In this document: positions 21,101 through 32,593 of the stretch, one piece after another
How the letters are laid out: every line of letters begins with the position of its first letter
How positions within the stretch are numbered: position 1 is the stretch's first letter
From: Pseudomonadales bacterium
GTDB lineage: Bacteria; Pseudomonadota; Gammaproteobacteria; Pseudomonadales; JBECKS01
Direction of reading: 5' to 3'
Assembly: GCA_040235395.1 (NCBI GenBank)
Contig: JBECKS010000130.1
Span: 3,011 to 67,010 of the forward strand
Length of the DNA stretch: 64,000 nucleotides
Notes under the pieces: model-generated
Told to the model about the DNA's origin: nothing
The model's input: only the letters and a program-made list of their open reading frames with translations
Database searches by the model: none
Position numbers and translations under genes: made by a program

Positions 21101-22211
21101 GCAGCAATTTCACATATTCAGATCTTTCTTTACTATTGAGAAGTTTCGATAAAGAAATTTCACTTTTTAACTCTAACTTGAAAGCAAGCTCATCAATATT
21201 GATATCTTCCACTTCAGCACTTTTCTGCTGCTGTTTTTCAACTGTCAAAGATTCTTCCTGCTTTAACTGATATGCAAAAAGAATATCCTTAATCGAAAAA
21301 TCAAGTTTTATGCTTTCAAAAACACCTCTGTTTATCTCTATCCAGCTTTTCAAAGCAACTCTGGCATTTTTTGGCTGAACAATCTGATGCTTCGGCCATA
21401 ATTCATGCTCAAATAAATATGTTAGTTCATTGCGATCAATAGAAAAAAAGCTTCTTGCAGAGAACCCATCAAGATCAAGAGGGTTTCCCTGAAAAACACT
21501 GACGAAATCTATCTTTCTTGGTTTTTCTTCATTTGCAGCCACCAACAACCTGGATTCAAGCTGATGATTAAACCATTCGTTATCTAGGGTAAGAGATGGA
21601 ATTTCTATCCGATAGCTACCATATTTTCCTGCATTCATGCCAAGCTTCATATTCCTGACAAAAATTTGTTCGGCAGTAAAAATATAATTATCCAGAATGC
21701 GTTTCAGTTTTTCCTTACTATCGGAGCCCTGAGGTGTTTCAGGTAAGGGTAAGCCATGAACAAGAAGCTTACCCGTTTCATCATCAAATACTAAGTCACT
21801 AGAAATGCCAGAGATGAGAACTTTTTTTATGCGTGGGGAAAAAGTAAATAAGCTTTCAATCAAGTCAAGCTCAACAGCCAGATGTTCAACTCGCACACCT
21901 TGCTCTTCCAGAGAGCTTTCATCATTTATCTTTTGGACTTCATGATAAGCTTTCCCTTTAAGGCTAATATCACGAAACTCTATAATCGGACTAACTAATA
22001 ACCATCTTCCACTCATTTCTCCAATTTCAAGTTGGAAATCTGTTTTGTCAGCGACTTGTTGCTCAATGACTTCCTTATATTGAGCTACATCTTTAAGTGC
22101 AACACGAAACCCAACCGAAATCATCGCCCACGCCACTAACAGGTATAAAAGCAGATACCTCAAACGTCTAGCCGGATTGGGCGCTGGGGAAAACTGTTCT
22201 TGTTCAGACAT
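18132..22211 (-). CDS. yhdP: AsmA-like envelope protein YhdP
   Basis: 1359 aa with a single N-terminal TM (LRYLLLYLLVAWAMISVGF). Size and position downstream of mreBCD are typical of YhdP. Confidence 0.8.
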   Translation of the reverse strand: MSEQEQFSPAPNPARRLRYLLLYLLVAWAMISVGFRVALKDVAQYKEVIEQQVADKTDFQLEIGEMSGRWLLVSPIIEFRDISLKGKAYHEVQKINDESSLEEQGVRVEHLAVELDLIESLFTFSPRIKKVLISGISSDLVFDDETGKLLVHGLPLPETPQGSDSKEKLKRILDNYIFTAEQIFVRNMKLGMNAGKYGSYRIEIPSLTLDNEWFNHQLESRLLVAANEEKPRKIDFVSVFQGNPLDLDGFSARSFFSIDRNELTYLFEHELWPKHQIVQPKNARVALKSWIEINRGVFESIKLDFSIKDILFAYQLKQEESLTVEKQQQKSAEVEDINIDELAFKLELKSEISLSKLLNSKERSEYVKLLPHIPFKLKLKDFELAWGDFQWRNLAIIFEQGRSEHLSQPLAREWNAFYFSDEDDSSKPENRDFARLLINRIPVSLVGKLIPYIPLEESKKKKIIDAAPEGSVQQVQVFAYDPFNAEREVYASAYIKDIGVSAFDKVPGVHGIDFYAEYAPKVLGVELQTFDALLEENFYLFRENLNITSLSANLLLEMIPGDIVISSDIAELHANNISAHGRFKANIPARNYQTGEKEIPAWSLQAHIQPMGLENIKMFFLGKLPESLLVWIDDFLKHGKAEGDIFLFAFLKRYEPYTFATLDTDIDVHNASLDYLPGRWPQVDEVEANVLVHNDRVRAKVSSAKMFDSRLFNGQVEIESYLKENLPRVQISAQSSGSLGDVQKLFLQSELKEILGHVIEDWVLTGSQQSDVMLDLPLSDEPGQKQEVIEVNLKTEDALLAIPDVRLGVKSLSTDLHYSLKEGLSTEHLSALFFDKPIEGKIETHESEGEQVFQISGKGKLSADDLKSWQSFWLFDNLSGVADFDVTISIGDLEAVNDLLPELGVPAASNESSELLPLTGDTYRGKESIVRVEVNTDLKNTAIVLPGTYAKKENVPVASTLQLDVFPDWLIYRMDYGKRVGVVTKTVGENGDFDRGRIHFGDGFYPLPQDSGLVVTGRIDHVDFDEWVDYIEKNLMDDVGEQSTESSSAQPSSTNPSSTNPSPTKATAMNTEEDDTAAIINRVDVTVDRFTGFDQELENLKAFITREYFRWRVDVENSVLKGVIWVPDEELISKKNPIVAKLDYLKITEEQLEGIEYQEVTVKDDSGRGEYSKKVAVKKVTEPYVPDDFMFAQIDIATVVLGSLKNGRWRIDLMPDDHGMDFNVHQLNYGLMTINGTGRWNYSEDKSVTHFKGHLRTAAATKLFSALNLKPSSKSSGLMTIDIKWPGSPMDFDYDAMSGKAGLEIFDGSIVELDIKSKKFKALGIFNLGIVTDILTLKIFKKIGKGIDEALTGEEQKSE
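19021..19080 (-). repeat. four imperfect tandem 15-nt repeats inside yhdP, encoding (N/Q)PSST units
   Basis: Plus-strand units are gtaggtgaaggattt / gtagacgaaggattg / gtagatgaaggctgt / gcagacgaagactct. They translate on the minus strand as ...QPSSTNPSSTNPSPT... Confidence 0.8.
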
Positions 22212-22289
22212 AAAACCTTAACTCAATGAGCTCAGAAAGTGCTGCGCACTTATTTGACAGTTTTTTTTGACGATTGATTCACCAGGAAT

Positions 22290-22796
22290 CTATCCATTGT
22301 TCTCATAAATATTGAATCGGCTTTTGAGACTGTCCATCACAACGAACAACCAAGGCCAAACCAATGCATTGCTAAGGACCGGCAACCAGTAAAACATATC
22401 AGGTTCTGCCGGGTTACCAAAAAAACCCTCAAGCAAGCGTATAAAAAGCAGATAAAGGAATGAAAAAAACAGAATCAATAGAAACTGTTGAAATCCTGAA
22501 AATATTCTTATCTGTCGATGTACTAAAAGCTGCAGGTACACAATGGTTATCATACTCAAGGCATGTATGCCAAAGACAGAGTCCAGAAGTAAGTCAGTAA
22601 GCAAACCAACTAAAAAAGCAAAAAATATTCCAAATCGCCCTGGCAATACGTAAACCCAGAACAATAAAAATAATAAAATCCAGTTGGGTCTTACATAACT
22701 TAACCAACTTGTCATGGGGAATATCTGCAAGACCATAGCTGCGTAAAGAGATAACGCAACCAAAGACATGCCCTGTGTCATACGCTGCTCAATCAT
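22290..22796 (-). CDS. mreD: rod shape-determining protein MreD
   Basis: Multi-TM protein. The ORF track start (22886) runs 98 nt into mreC. The internal ATG at 22796 (MIEQRMTQGMSLVALSLYAAMVLQIFPM) gives a typical ~168-aa MreD with an 8-nt overlap. ATG 22781 is an alternative. Confidence 0.85.
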   Translation of the reverse strand: MIEQRMTQGMSLVALSLYAAMVLQIFPMTSWLSYVRPNWILLFLLFWVYVLPGRFGIFFAFLVGLLTDLLLDSVFGIHALSMITIVYLQLLVHRQIRIFSGFQQFLLILFFSFLYLLFIRLLEGFFGNPAEPDMFYWLPVLSNALVWPWLFVVMDSLKSRFNIYENNG

Positions 22797-23664
22797 CAGC
22801 AGACTCCACATGACTGGTTTTTTCGCTAATACTTTCCCATTTAGCATCTTCTTTAAACACGAGTAATACATGTCGAGAACGATCAAGCTTTGCCAAGGGC
22901 TTTACAATAATCTCTGCAAACTGCCGACCAACCTGGCGATTTACTTCCTTCACAATGCCCACAGGGTAACCCTGCGGAAAACGCCCACCTAGCCCGGAGC
23001 TAACGAGAATATCCTCGACTTCGATGTCTACCGTGTTTGGAACGTGGCTTAAACTAAGCTCATCAATAACACCTGTACCCTGTGCTATGGCTCTCACACC
23101 ATTCCTTACCACTTCTACTGATAGCCCATGGCGTGCATCTGTAATCAGCAAGCCACTGCTGCTGAATTCACTTACAAAGACAATCTGACCCATCAAACCA
23201 CTAGCATCAATAATGGGCATTCCTACGAAAACGCCATCGCTAGCGCCTTTGTCCAAAACTACTTTATGTGAAAAAGGATCACTATCTAAACCCACAATTT
23301 CAGCAACAAGCACTGAGTCAGATAAGGTCGATGATGAACCCAACAACTCCTTTAGGCGAATGTTCTCAGCCGTTAAAGAAGCAAATTTCTGGATTCGCCT
23401 TTGCATAATCTGAGCCTGCTCCCTTAACTCTGCATTCTCTTCCAGTAAGGTCTTACGAGATTTCAGGTTTTCGCCCAACCATTCTGAAAGTTGGCCAGGT
23501 GCAAAAGCAGGATATTCAACGAGAGGTTTTGTATAAGAAAAAACAAGACGGGGTTTTTGCAACCAATTACTACTGCTATCAACAAAAAGCAGCACAAATG
23601 CAACAACAACACATATTGCAAAAGTCCGGTTTAATGAAGAGTCATTTGCAAAAATGCTAGCCAT
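22789..23664 (-). CDS. mreC: rod shape-determining protein MreC
   Basis: 291 aa. N-terminal TM, a coiled-coil (ENAELREQAQIMQRR), and a beta-barrel region GMPIIDASGLMGQIV. Confidence 0.92.
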   Translation of the reverse strand: MASIFANDSSLNRTFAICVVVAFVLLFVDSSSNWLQKPRLVFSYTKPLVEYPAFAPGQLSEWLGENLKSRKTLLEENAELREQAQIMQRRIQKFASLTAENIRLKELLGSSSTLSDSVLVAEIVGLDSDPFSHKVVLDKGASDGVFVGMPIIDASGLMGQIVFVSEFSSSGLLITDARHGLSVEVVRNGVRAIAQGTGVIDELSLSHVPNTVDIEVEDILVSSGLGGRFPQGYPVGIVKEVNRQVGRQFAEIIVKPLAKLDRSRHVLLVFKEDAKWESISEKTSHVESADD

Positions 23665-23726
23665 AAAACACTAGCCTTTTGTTTCAGGTATATTGATAAG
23701 ACGAAAATTTGTTTTGAATACAAACA

Positions 23727-24767
<1,041 letters not shown>

Positions 24768-25302
24768 CTAGTACATCCACTAAGGCAGGCTTATTGGTGA
24801 AGCCTCAACCTGCCTAATGTAGCCAATTTCATTGCAGCGCGTATAATGCCCGTGCTGACTGCATTTTGAATTTGATTTTTCGGTTGTTGTTCTATGTTGT
24901 TTTGCTGAAGGCTGACTTTCTAGCGGCTTTCCGGTCTCGCTAAGGCTATTTCTACAAAGCACTAGGCTGACTTGAAAAGCTAGCGCTCGTTACTTCACTA
25001 ACAATCACTGGACACTTAAATACTCTTTTCAGTCCGAGTTCAATCCGATTATCTTCACCCTGCGGCGGCAAAATACACGCTTCTTGCCAGATATACTCGC
25101 CACACAATAGAGCTCTCGCTCGCTAACAGAAAGAGGCTCAAAATGGCATCTGAATCTGGCTGAAACATAGAGATAATGCGACCTTCAGGGCAGCGATAAA
25201 TGTATCAATGCTAGCCTTTTTGAGCAAGGGTATTCATTAGTAAATCGGTTTTAATTTCTTGAACAAAATAAGCACCACTTTCCAAGAACAGACACTTTTA
25301 CC

Positions 25303-25593
25303 ATGAGCAGAATTACACAAGAAGACATCCAGCATATAGCCGAACTTGCCAAAATTCATGTCGACGAAAAGGAAGGAGAGAATATTAGCCAGAAGCTTAG
25401 CAATATTCTTGACCTGGTCGAAAAGATGCAAGGCATTAATACTGAAAACATTGAGCCTCTAGCTCATGCTATTTATCAGAATCAGAAACTGAGAAACGAT
25501 ATTGCAACAAGCGAAAATCAACGCGACTACTACCAACGGCTTGGACAGGTAACTGAAGACGGTTTTTATCTTGTTCCAAAAGTCATTGAATAA
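25303..25593 (+). CDS. gatC: Asp/Glu-tRNA amidotransferase subunit C
   Basis: 96 aa. ITQEDIQHIAELAKI... followed by gatA and gatB. Confidence 0.92.
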   Translation: MSRITQEDIQHIAELAKIHVDEKEGENISQKLSNILDLVEKMQGINTENIEPLAHAIYQNQKLRNDIATSENQRDYYQRLGQVTEDGFYLVPKVIE

Positions 25594-25625
25594 TTTTTTT
25601 ACAAACAGATTTTTAATTGATTGAC

Positions 25626-27080
25626 ATGTTTAAGAAAAACATAACAGAACTTGCCCAAGCACTGCAGGCAAAAAATATTTCCAGCCTTGAACTAACGCAG
25701 TTATATTTAGGAAGGATTAAAGAATTTAATCCCACTCTTAATGCAGTCATCACACTTTGTGAAGAAACAGCTATTAAACAAGCAAAGGCAGCTGATACTT
25801 TATTATCAAAAGGAAATACCCATCCCTTGCTTGGCATTCCCCTTTTGCACAAGGATATTTTCTGCACCAAAGACATCAAGACAACTTGCGCTTCCAAAAT
25901 GCTTGATAATTTTATCGCTCCCTATAACGCAAGTGTTGTTGAAAAACTCAACGATTGCGGCATGGTGACACTAGGCAAAGTCAACATGGATGAATTTGCC
26001 ATGGGCTCATCCAATGAAACCAGTTATTACGGCGCTGTAAAAAATCCTTGGGATTTACAAAAAGTGCCTGGCGGATCTTCGGGTGGTTCCGCCGCAGCCG
26101 TTGCAGCAAGACTTGCACCTGTAGCAACAGGAACAGATACCGGCGGATCAATCAGGCAACCAGCATCACTTTGCGGAATAACTGGTCTGAAACCAACTTA
26201 CGGTCGCGTGTCTCGCTGGGGAATGATTGCATTTGCATCAAGCCTTGATCAGGCAGGCCCAATGACACAGAACGCTAACGACGCAGCACTCCTATTAAAT
26301 GCAATGATGGGTAGCGATGAAAAAGATTCAACCTCTTTGATTCTGCCTGAAGAAGATGTGTGTAGAAAATTAACAGATTCAATACAGGGACTAAAAATTG
26401 GCATTCCCAAACAGTTTACAATTGAGGGCTTAGACGCCGACATTGAAAAAAGTATTCAGGACGCCATCAAGGTTTACGAAAAATTAGGCGCCACTATTAC
26501 CGAAGTTGATTTACCCTACCTTGATCTTTCCATCCCGGCTTACTATGTGATTGCTCCTGCAGAATGCTCCTCAAACCTTTCTCGTTTTGATGGAGTACGT
26601 TTTGGATATCGCTGTGAAAACCCAATAGATTTGCAGGACATGTATAAACGGTCCAGAAGCGAAGCCTTTGGTGCAGAAGTTAAAAACCGCATATTAATTG
26701 GTACCTACGCCCTATCAGCTGGCTATTACGATGCCTATTACATCAAGGCACAGAAAATAAGACAGCTTATCAAACATAACTTTGATGATGCCTTTAAACA
26801 GGTAGATGTATTGTTGTCGCCAAGTTCCCCAACCACGGCGTTTGGCTTGGGTGAAAAAACAAACGACCCTGTTGCTATGTATCTTTCTGATATTTACACG
26901 ATTGGCGCCAATCTCGCTGGCGTCCCAGCAATGTCTATACCTTGTGGTTTTAGCAAAGGCTTGCCAGTTGGCTTACAACTCATTGCACCCGCCCTAAAAG
27001 AAGCAGAGCTCCTTAATTATGCTCATCAATATCAACTTCAAACAGACTGGCATCTAAAAATTCCGGAACAATTTTCGTAA
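25626..27080 (+). CDS. gatA: Asp/Glu-tRNA amidotransferase subunit A
   Basis: Amidase signature [12 protein letters not shown]...[15 protein letters not shown] 25626 is preferred over TTG 25617. Confidence 0.96.
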   Translation: MFKKNITELAQALQAKNISSLELTQLYLGRIKEFNPTLNAVITLCEETAIKQAKAADTLLSKGNTHPLLGIPLLHKDIFCTKDIKTTCASKMLDNFIAPYNASVVEKLNDCGMVTLGKVNMDEFAMGSSNETSYYGAVKNPWDLQKVPGGSSGGSAAAVAARLAPVATGTDTGGSIRQPASLCGITGLKPTYGRVSRWGMIAFASSLDQAGPMTQNANDAALLLNAMMGSDEKDSTSLILPEEDVCRKLTDSIQGLKIGIPKQFTIEGLDADIEKSIQDAIKVYEKLGATITEVDLPYLDLSIPAYYVIAPAECSSNLSRFDGVRFGYRCENPIDLQDMYKRSRSEAFGAEVKNRILIGTYALSAGYYDAYYIKAQKIRQLIKHNFDDAFKQVDVLLSPSSPTTAFGLGEKTNDPVAMYLSDIYTIGANLAGVPAMSIPCGFSKGLPVGLQLIAPALKEAELLNYAHQYQLQTDWHLKIPEQFS

Positions 27081-27094
27081 GAGCAAAACTGAAT

Positions 27095-28555
27095 ATGACA
27101 TGGGAAAGCGTGATTGGACTTGAAATACACGTCCAACTTTCAACAGAATCAAAAATTTTTTCGTCAAGCCCAACAATATTTGGGCAGGAACAAAATACTC
27201 AGGCAAGCATTATCGATCTGGGTTTCCCCGGTGTGCTGCCCGTATTAAATAAAGAAGCCGTTAACAAGGCCATTCGTTTTGGCCTGGCAATCAATGCTGA
27301 CATTTCAAGGAATACTATCTTTGCCAGAAAAAACTATTTCTACCCTGACCTTCCTAAAGGTTATCAAATCAGCCAGCTTGACGACCCAATTGTCGGTAAA
27401 GGAGAAGTCAGTATCCAGACTGAGAACGGTAGCAAGCTCATCGGTATAACTCGCGCTCACCTTGAAGAAGACGCAGGAAAGTCCATCCATGATATTCACT
27501 CTGACCAGACAGCCATTGATTTAAATCGTGCTGGAACACCTTTACTAGAAATCGTTTCTGAACCTGATATGCGCAACGCAAAAGAAGCTGTTGCTTATTT
27601 AAAACTCATTCACTCTCTGGTGCGCTACATTGATATTTCTGATGGCAACATGGCTGAAGGTTCGTTCCGTTGTGATGCAAATATCTCCATTCGACCTAAA
27701 GGCTCTTCTGAACTAGGTACACGTACTGAACTCAAGAACATCAACTCCTTCAAGTTTGTTGAAAAAGCTATCAATCTTGAAATTCAGAGGCAAATTGATG
27801 TGATTGAAGACGGGGGAAAAATTGTTCAGGAAACGCGTCTATATGATGCGATAAAAAATGAAACACGCTCGATGCGCTCCAAGGAAGAAGCTAATGATTA
27901 TCGCTATTTCCCCGACCCCGACTTACTACCCTTAAGTATAGACGACGAATTGATTGAAAATATCCGTAAGGAATTACCTGAGCTTCCCGACGCAAAAAAA
28001 GATCGCTTCATGCAGACATTCCAACTTGGCGACTATGATGCCTCTATACTTTCACAAGACAAGGGTTGCAGTGAATTCTTTGAAAATACTTGTGCGCTTT
28101 TAACAAAAGCCGACGATGCAAAACTTGTGGCCAACTGGATTAATGGTGATATTAACGCGCGCCTCAACAAGGAAGAGCTCGATTTCGAACAGTTAAGAAT
28201 ATCTGCTGAACAATTATCAGGCTTGATTAATCGTATTTCCGATCAAAGCATCTCAAACAAGATTGCTAAACAGGTTTTCGAAATCATGTGGAGCAATAAA
28301 GAAGAAATCAGTGCTGATGCCATCATCGAAAAAGAAGGTTTGAAACAGGTATCCGACAGTGGTGCTATCGAAAAACTGGTGGATGACGTTATCAACAGTA
28401 ACCCTGAACAAGTCGAAAACTTTCGTCAAGCCGAAGAAAAGAAAAAAGGGAAAATGCTTGGCTTCTTTGTCGGCCAGATTATGAAAGCATCAAAAGGACA
28501 GGCAAACCCTCAACAGGTTAATGAAATTCTACTCAAGAAGCTGAATCAAGAATAA
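27095..28555 (+). CDS. gatB: Asp/Glu-tRNA amidotransferase subunit B
   Basis: 486 aa. N-terminus [13 protein letters not shown], plus [12 protein letters not shown] and a C-terminal YqeY-like domain. Confidence 0.96.
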   Translation: MTWESVIGLEIHVQLSTESKIFSSSPTIFGQEQNTQASIIDLGFPGVLPVLNKEAVNKAIRFGLAINADISRNTIFARKNYFYPDLPKGYQISQLDDPIVGKGEVSIQTENGSKLIGITRAHLEEDAGKSIHDIHSDQTAIDLNRAGTPLLEIVSEPDMRNAKEAVAYLKLIHSLVRYIDISDGNMAEGSFRCDANISIRPKGSSELGTRTELKNINSFKFVEKAINLEIQRQIDVIEDGGKIVQETRLYDAIKNETRSMRSKEEANDYRYFPDPDLLPLSIDDELIENIRKELPELPDAKKDRFMQTFQLGDYDASILSQDKGCSEFFENTCALLTKADDAKLVANWINGDINARLNKEELDFEQLRISAEQLSGLINRISDQSISNKIAKQVFEIMWSNKEEISADAIIEKEGLKQVSDSGAIEKLVDDVINSNPEQVENFRQAEEKKKGKMLGFFVGQIMKASKGQANPQQVNEILLKKLNQE

Positions 28556-28562
28556 GAGTAAT

Positions 28563-28598
28563 AAAAAAGCCGGATTGATTTGATCAACCCGGCTTTTA
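28563..28598. terminator. bidirectional rho-independent terminator
   Basis: AAAAGCCGGATTGATttgATCAACCCGGCTTTT. A GC-rich stem is flanked by an A-run and a T-run, between convergent gatB and the 262-aa ORF. Confidence 0.7.
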
Positions 28599-28622
28599 GA
28601 TAGCTAAGCTAAATGACGCTTG

Positions 28623-29411
28623 CTACTTTCTTACTTTCCCCGTTGCGCTATACCAATTACTGTTAGGGAATTTTTTCTGCCTGGCAGCAATTTTCTTATT
28701 AATGGCTACTTCAAGCTTTAGCGCTTCAACATCTTCTGACCCCTTAAGGTAGGGAAGTGCGGGCTCCTCAATTAACAATAAAGTTGCTTTGGCATCACTT
28801 AATGGCAACTGTGCTACTAAAGCCTTGATGACTGTGGACGAACCCATAACATCAAAATCTTTCTCCCTGAGTGTTCCACCTTTACTTACATAATCCCTCT
28901 TCGGCTTAATAAGACGCTTGATGGTTGATAGCGTCAGTTTACGCGTATCTTCATCATCAACATTAAGAAAAACCAGAAGCTTGGGCACATCTTCAATGTC
29001 GTGCATGTTCTTGAATACATCTTTAGTTAGCCCCCTGGCCTCTTTAACAACATAAGGCTTGTCACTCAATTTCACGAAATACAAGAGGTTATTCATATCA
29101 TCAACACCCAGTGATAGTTCCAGTTTTTCTAGATGGGCCTTGAACTTTTCCTTATCAAGCTTTGACTGATTGAAGACACTCTGTTGTAGATAACTAAAGG
29201 CAAGAAACATAGTAGCCTGATTATCCTTACTATATTTTTCAGTTAAAGCTATACAAGCCTCATACTTATCATCTTCAAACAACCTTTTTGCTTGAGATGT
29301 CCATGTAGCAGCTTGTACTGAAGATGCAAATAGCATCACAAATGCTAATGTAAAAACCTGGCGGAATATCGTTGTTAATTGATGATTAACTATTGATTTA
29401 TTTTTGTTCAT
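28623..29411 (-). CDS. hypothetical periplasmic/secreted protein
   Basis: 262 aa. Signal peptide ...FVMLFASSVQA. The rest looks largely helical. No family recognised. Confidence 0.5.
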   Translation of the reverse strand: MNKNKSIVNHQLTTIFRQVFTLAFVMLFASSVQAATWTSQAKRLFEDDKYEACIALTEKYSKDNQATMFLAFSYLQQSVFNQSKLDKEKFKAHLEKLELSLGVDDMNNLLYFVKLSDKPYVVKEARGLTKDVFKNMHDIEDVPKLLVFLNVDDEDTRKLTLSTIKRLIKPKRDYVSKGGTLREKDFDVMGSSTVIKALVAQLPLSDAKATLLLIEEPALPYLKGSEDVEALKLEVAINKKIAARQKKFPNSNWYSATGKVRK

Positions 29412-29533
29412 TGTAAAACCCTCTCCTTCACCTTCTAATTCGTATAATTCGTAATCCGGCTTTCAATTATAGACTTGCTTCTATAAGGAAGTCATTGACT
29501 GATTTGTTTGATTGAACACTTGAATACAAGCGC

Positions 29534-30307
29534 TTAGGCTTTTCGTAAAAATACCAGTTCATGTTTGGAGCTTTGCTTGCTATCAAAACGATAGCCAGCT
29601 TCTGCAAATTTCTTGATGCCTTCTATATTCTGAACTCGGTTTCTAATGAGATAAGCACACATCATACCTCTCGCTTTCTTAGCAAGAAAACTAATGACTT
29701 TATATTGGCCATTCTTGAAATCCTTAAAAACAGGTGTCACGACTGGAAAATCAAGCGCCTTCTGATCCACTGACTTAAAATATTCATTCGAAGCTAGATT
29801 CACCAGAAAACCATCATCGCTTTCCTTTAAGGCTTTATTGAGATGCGTCGTAATATCGTTTTTCCAGAAGTCATAGAGGTTCTCACCTTTGGGATTTTTT
29901 AACTGTGTGCCCATTTCCAGACGATATGCCTGCATCAAGTCCTTAGGTCGCAGGCATCCATACAAACCGGATAGAATTCGTAAATGCTTCTGCGCATATT
30001 CAAAATCATCTTTAGTGAATTGGTCTGTCGACATCCCCTGATAGACATCTCCTTTGAACGCCAGGAGAGCAGGTTTTGAATTTTTTACGTTAAAGGGCAA
30101 AGACCACTCCTGATAACGTTGTGTATTCAGTTCTGCAATAGAGGTACTCACACCCATTAAAGATACGAAATCCTTGCTTTTAAATGTTTTCAATTCATCA
30201 ACCAAGGTTTGTGCATTTTTCTTGAAGACTGGTTGAGAAGGCTTCACAAGTGGGCTTTCTTCAAATTCCATATCAAGTTTTTTTGCTGGTGATATCACGA
30301 TAAACAT
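29534..30307 (-). CDS. yaaA: peroxide-stress protein YaaA (UPF0246/DUF328)
   Basis: The family N-terminus MFIVISPAKKLD begins at the internal ATG 30307, giving 257 aa. The ORF track start (30346) adds 13 non-conserved residues. Confidence 0.85.
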   Translation of the reverse strand: MFIVISPAKKLDMEFEESPLVKPSQPVFKKNAQTLVDELKTFKSKDFVSLMGVSTSIAELNTQRYQEWSLPFNVKNSKPALLAFKGDVYQGMSTDQFTKDDFEYAQKHLRILSGLYGCLRPKDLMQAYRLEMGTQLKNPKGENLYDFWKNDITTHLNKALKESDDGFLVNLASNEYFKSVDQKALDFPVVTPVFKDFKNGQYKVISFLAKKARGMMCAYLIRNRVQNIEGIKKFAEAGYRFDSKQSSKHELVFLRKA

Positions 30308-30473
30308 ATTTTTCTCTTTGTTTTTCCTGTAGTTACAAATGACCACGTATTCTGCTCGATTTATTCGGGCAGTACAATTTTAGAAGCAAACCTAGCACTG
30401 ACTTGAGTTGACCGCTTTCCTTATTTAGTCGATTATCTTGAAGCTCTAATGAATGATATCCAGAGGAACAAAC

Positions 30474-32405
30474 ATGAGTCAGGAAAAGATCTATCACGCG
30501 CCAGCAAATTATCAGTCTCACCTTAATGAAGATGGTTATCGGGAGATGTATGAAGCATCTATCAAAAACCCGAGTGAATTCTGGAGTGATCAGGCAAGAA
30601 AAACTCTAGACTGGTTCAAGAAGTGGGATGAAGTCTGTCACGCCGATTTTATCAAAGCGGATATTAGATGGTTCTCTGGTGCAGAGCTCAATGTGTCTTA
30701 TAACTGCATTGACCGCCATCTTCCTGCACGCGCACAACAAACGGCCATCATTTGGGAGGGAGATAACCCTTCGGAAGACAAACACATCAGCTATGCCGAA
30801 CTCCATGAGCAAGTTTGTCGACTTGCAAATGTCTTAAAAGCTCGAGGAGTTAAAAAAGGAGATCGCGTATGCATTTATATGCCCATGATTCCTGAAGCAG
30901 CCTACGCCATGCTTGCCTGCACCCGAATTGGCGCAATTCATTCGGTAGTATTTGGAGGTTTTTCACCAAGCGCCCTTAAAGACCGGATTCTGGATTCCGA
31001 TTGCCAGACACTCATCACAGCAGATGAAGGCTTGCGAGGCGGCAAGATTGTGCCTCTCAAGGAAAACGCCGATAAAGCGCTAGAGTCATGCCCTAATGTA
31101 TCAAGCGTCATTGTAGTAAAGAGAACAGGAAACCCAGTGGGCTGGTCTGAAGGAAGGGATATCTGGTATCACGATGAAATCAGCAAAGTATCCCCTGACT
31201 GCGATGCCACACCTGTTTCTGCAGAAGACCCCATGTTTATTCTTTACACGTCTGGCTCAACCGGAAAGCCGAAAGGTGTTCTTCACACAACGGCTGGTTA
31301 TTTGCTTCAGTCTGCCCTTACCCATAAATATGTCCTGAATTATCAGGAAGGCGATGTCTACTGGTGTACTGCTGATGTGGGCTGGATTACGGGACATTCC
31401 TATATTGTTTATGGCCCTCTGGCGAATGGTGCTATTAGCTTAATGTTTGAAGGTGTGCCCAATTACCCCGATGCTTCACGCTGTTGGCAGGTTATCGACA
31501 AGCATCAGGTAAACACCTTCTACACAGCGCCAACGGCTATTCGCGCATTAATGGCTGCAGGTGATAGCTTTGTAGAAGCATGTTCCAGAAAAAGCCTTAA
31601 GCTACTTGGAACTGTTGGCGAGCCAATTAACCCCGAAGCGTGGGAGTGGTACTACCGTGTTGTCGGTGAAGAGCGCTGCCCCATTGTGGATACCTGGTGG
31701 CAGACTGAAACGGGCTCTGTTCTCATTGCACCCATTCCTGGCGCCTGCCCGATGAAGCCTGGGGCAGCTAGCCTACCCTTCTTTGGAGTAGAACCCGCTA
31801 TCCTGGACAATGATGGTAATGAATTAGAGGGAGAGTGTTCTGGAAATCTGGTCATCAAAAGTTCATGGCCAAGCCAGATAAGAACAGTATACGGCGATCA
31901 TCAACGTTGTATTGATACCTACTTCAGTACCTATAAAGGCTATTACGTCACTGGGGACGGTGCTAAACGCGATCAAGACGGTTTTTACTGGATAACAGGT
32001 CGTGTAGATGATGTATTAAATGTTTCCGGACACAGACTTGGAACAGCGGAAATCGAGAGTGCGCTCGTTCTTCATCCTTATATCGCTGAAGCCGCCGTCG
32101 TTGGCTACCCACATGATATTAAAGGTCAGGGCATCTATGCCTATATCACCCCCATGTCTGGGAAAACAGTTGATGACAACATAAGAAAAGAGCTTCTTGA
32201 TCTTGTCACTAAAGAGATAGGTTCCATTGCCAAGCCTGATTTACTCCAGGTGGCACCCTCCCTTCCCAAAACGCGATCCGGGAAAATCATGAGGAGAATC
32301 CTTAGAAAAATTGCAACCAACGAAATTGATTCCCTTGGCGATACCTCAACACTCGCTGACCCTAGTGTGGTTGATGTACTTATTAAGGAGCGTTTGAATC
32401 AATAA
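30474..32405 (+). CDS. acs: acetyl-CoA synthetase
   Basis: AMP-binding motif [11 protein letters not shown], then WWQTETG, and C-terminal [19 protein letters not shown] 30474 is preceded by AGAGGA. Confidence 0.97.
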   Translation: MSQEKIYHAPANYQSHLNEDGYREMYEASIKNPSEFWSDQARKTLDWFKKWDEVCHADFIKADIRWFSGAELNVSYNCIDRHLPARAQQTAIIWEGDNPSEDKHISYAELHEQVCRLANVLKARGVKKGDRVCIYMPMIPEAAYAMLACTRIGAIHSVVFGGFSPSALKDRILDSDCQTLITADEGLRGGKIVPLKENADKALESCPNVSSVIVVKRTGNPVGWSEGRDIWYHDEISKVSPDCDATPVSAEDPMFILYTSGSTGKPKGVLHTTAGYLLQSALTHKYVLNYQEGDVYWCTADVGWITGHSYIVYGPLANGAISLMFEGVPNYPDASRCWQVIDKHQVNTFYTAPTAIRALMAAGDSFVEACSRKSLKLLGTVGEPINPEAWEWYYRVVGEERCPIVDTWWQTETGSVLIAPIPGACPMKPGAASLPFFGVEPAILDNDGNELEGECSGNLVIKSSWPSQIRTVYGDHQRCIDTYFSTYKGYYVTGDGAKRDQDGFYWITGRVDDVLNVSGHRLGTAEIESALVLHPYIAEAAVVGYPHDIKGQGIYAYITPMSGKTVDDNIRKELLDLVTKEIGSIAKPDLLQVAPSLPKTRSGKIMRRILRKIATNEIDSLGDTSTLADPSVVDVLIKERLNQ

Positions 32406-32593
32406 GCTAAACCAGCTTTCAAACACGAAATTTGACACTTTACCTAGCCCTGACAATCTCGCTAGAATCAAGCGCTTTGCAGGGCTCAAGGCATTACCTA
32501 AAAATAAATAAATCCCTAGAAATAATTCAAGCAATAACTATAGCCACCCTCTGCGAATAACCACCATTTCTTACACAACTTAAGGAGAGATTT

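Noticed and set aside
24780-24962. 60-aa minus-strand ORF in the mreB-gatC spacer, and the 64-aa ORF at 25237-25431
   Set aside because: Neither has an RBS. The second overlaps the gatC start in antisense. The composition is atypical.
32437-32500. Possible promoter (TTGACA, TAGAAT) and nested inverted repeat GCCCTG...CAGGGC downstream of acs
   Set aside because: The hexamer spacings do not fit a sigma-70 promoter (7 nt, or a poor -35 at 17 nt). The hairpin has a 29-nt loop and no T-run. It is not convincing as either a promoter or a terminator.
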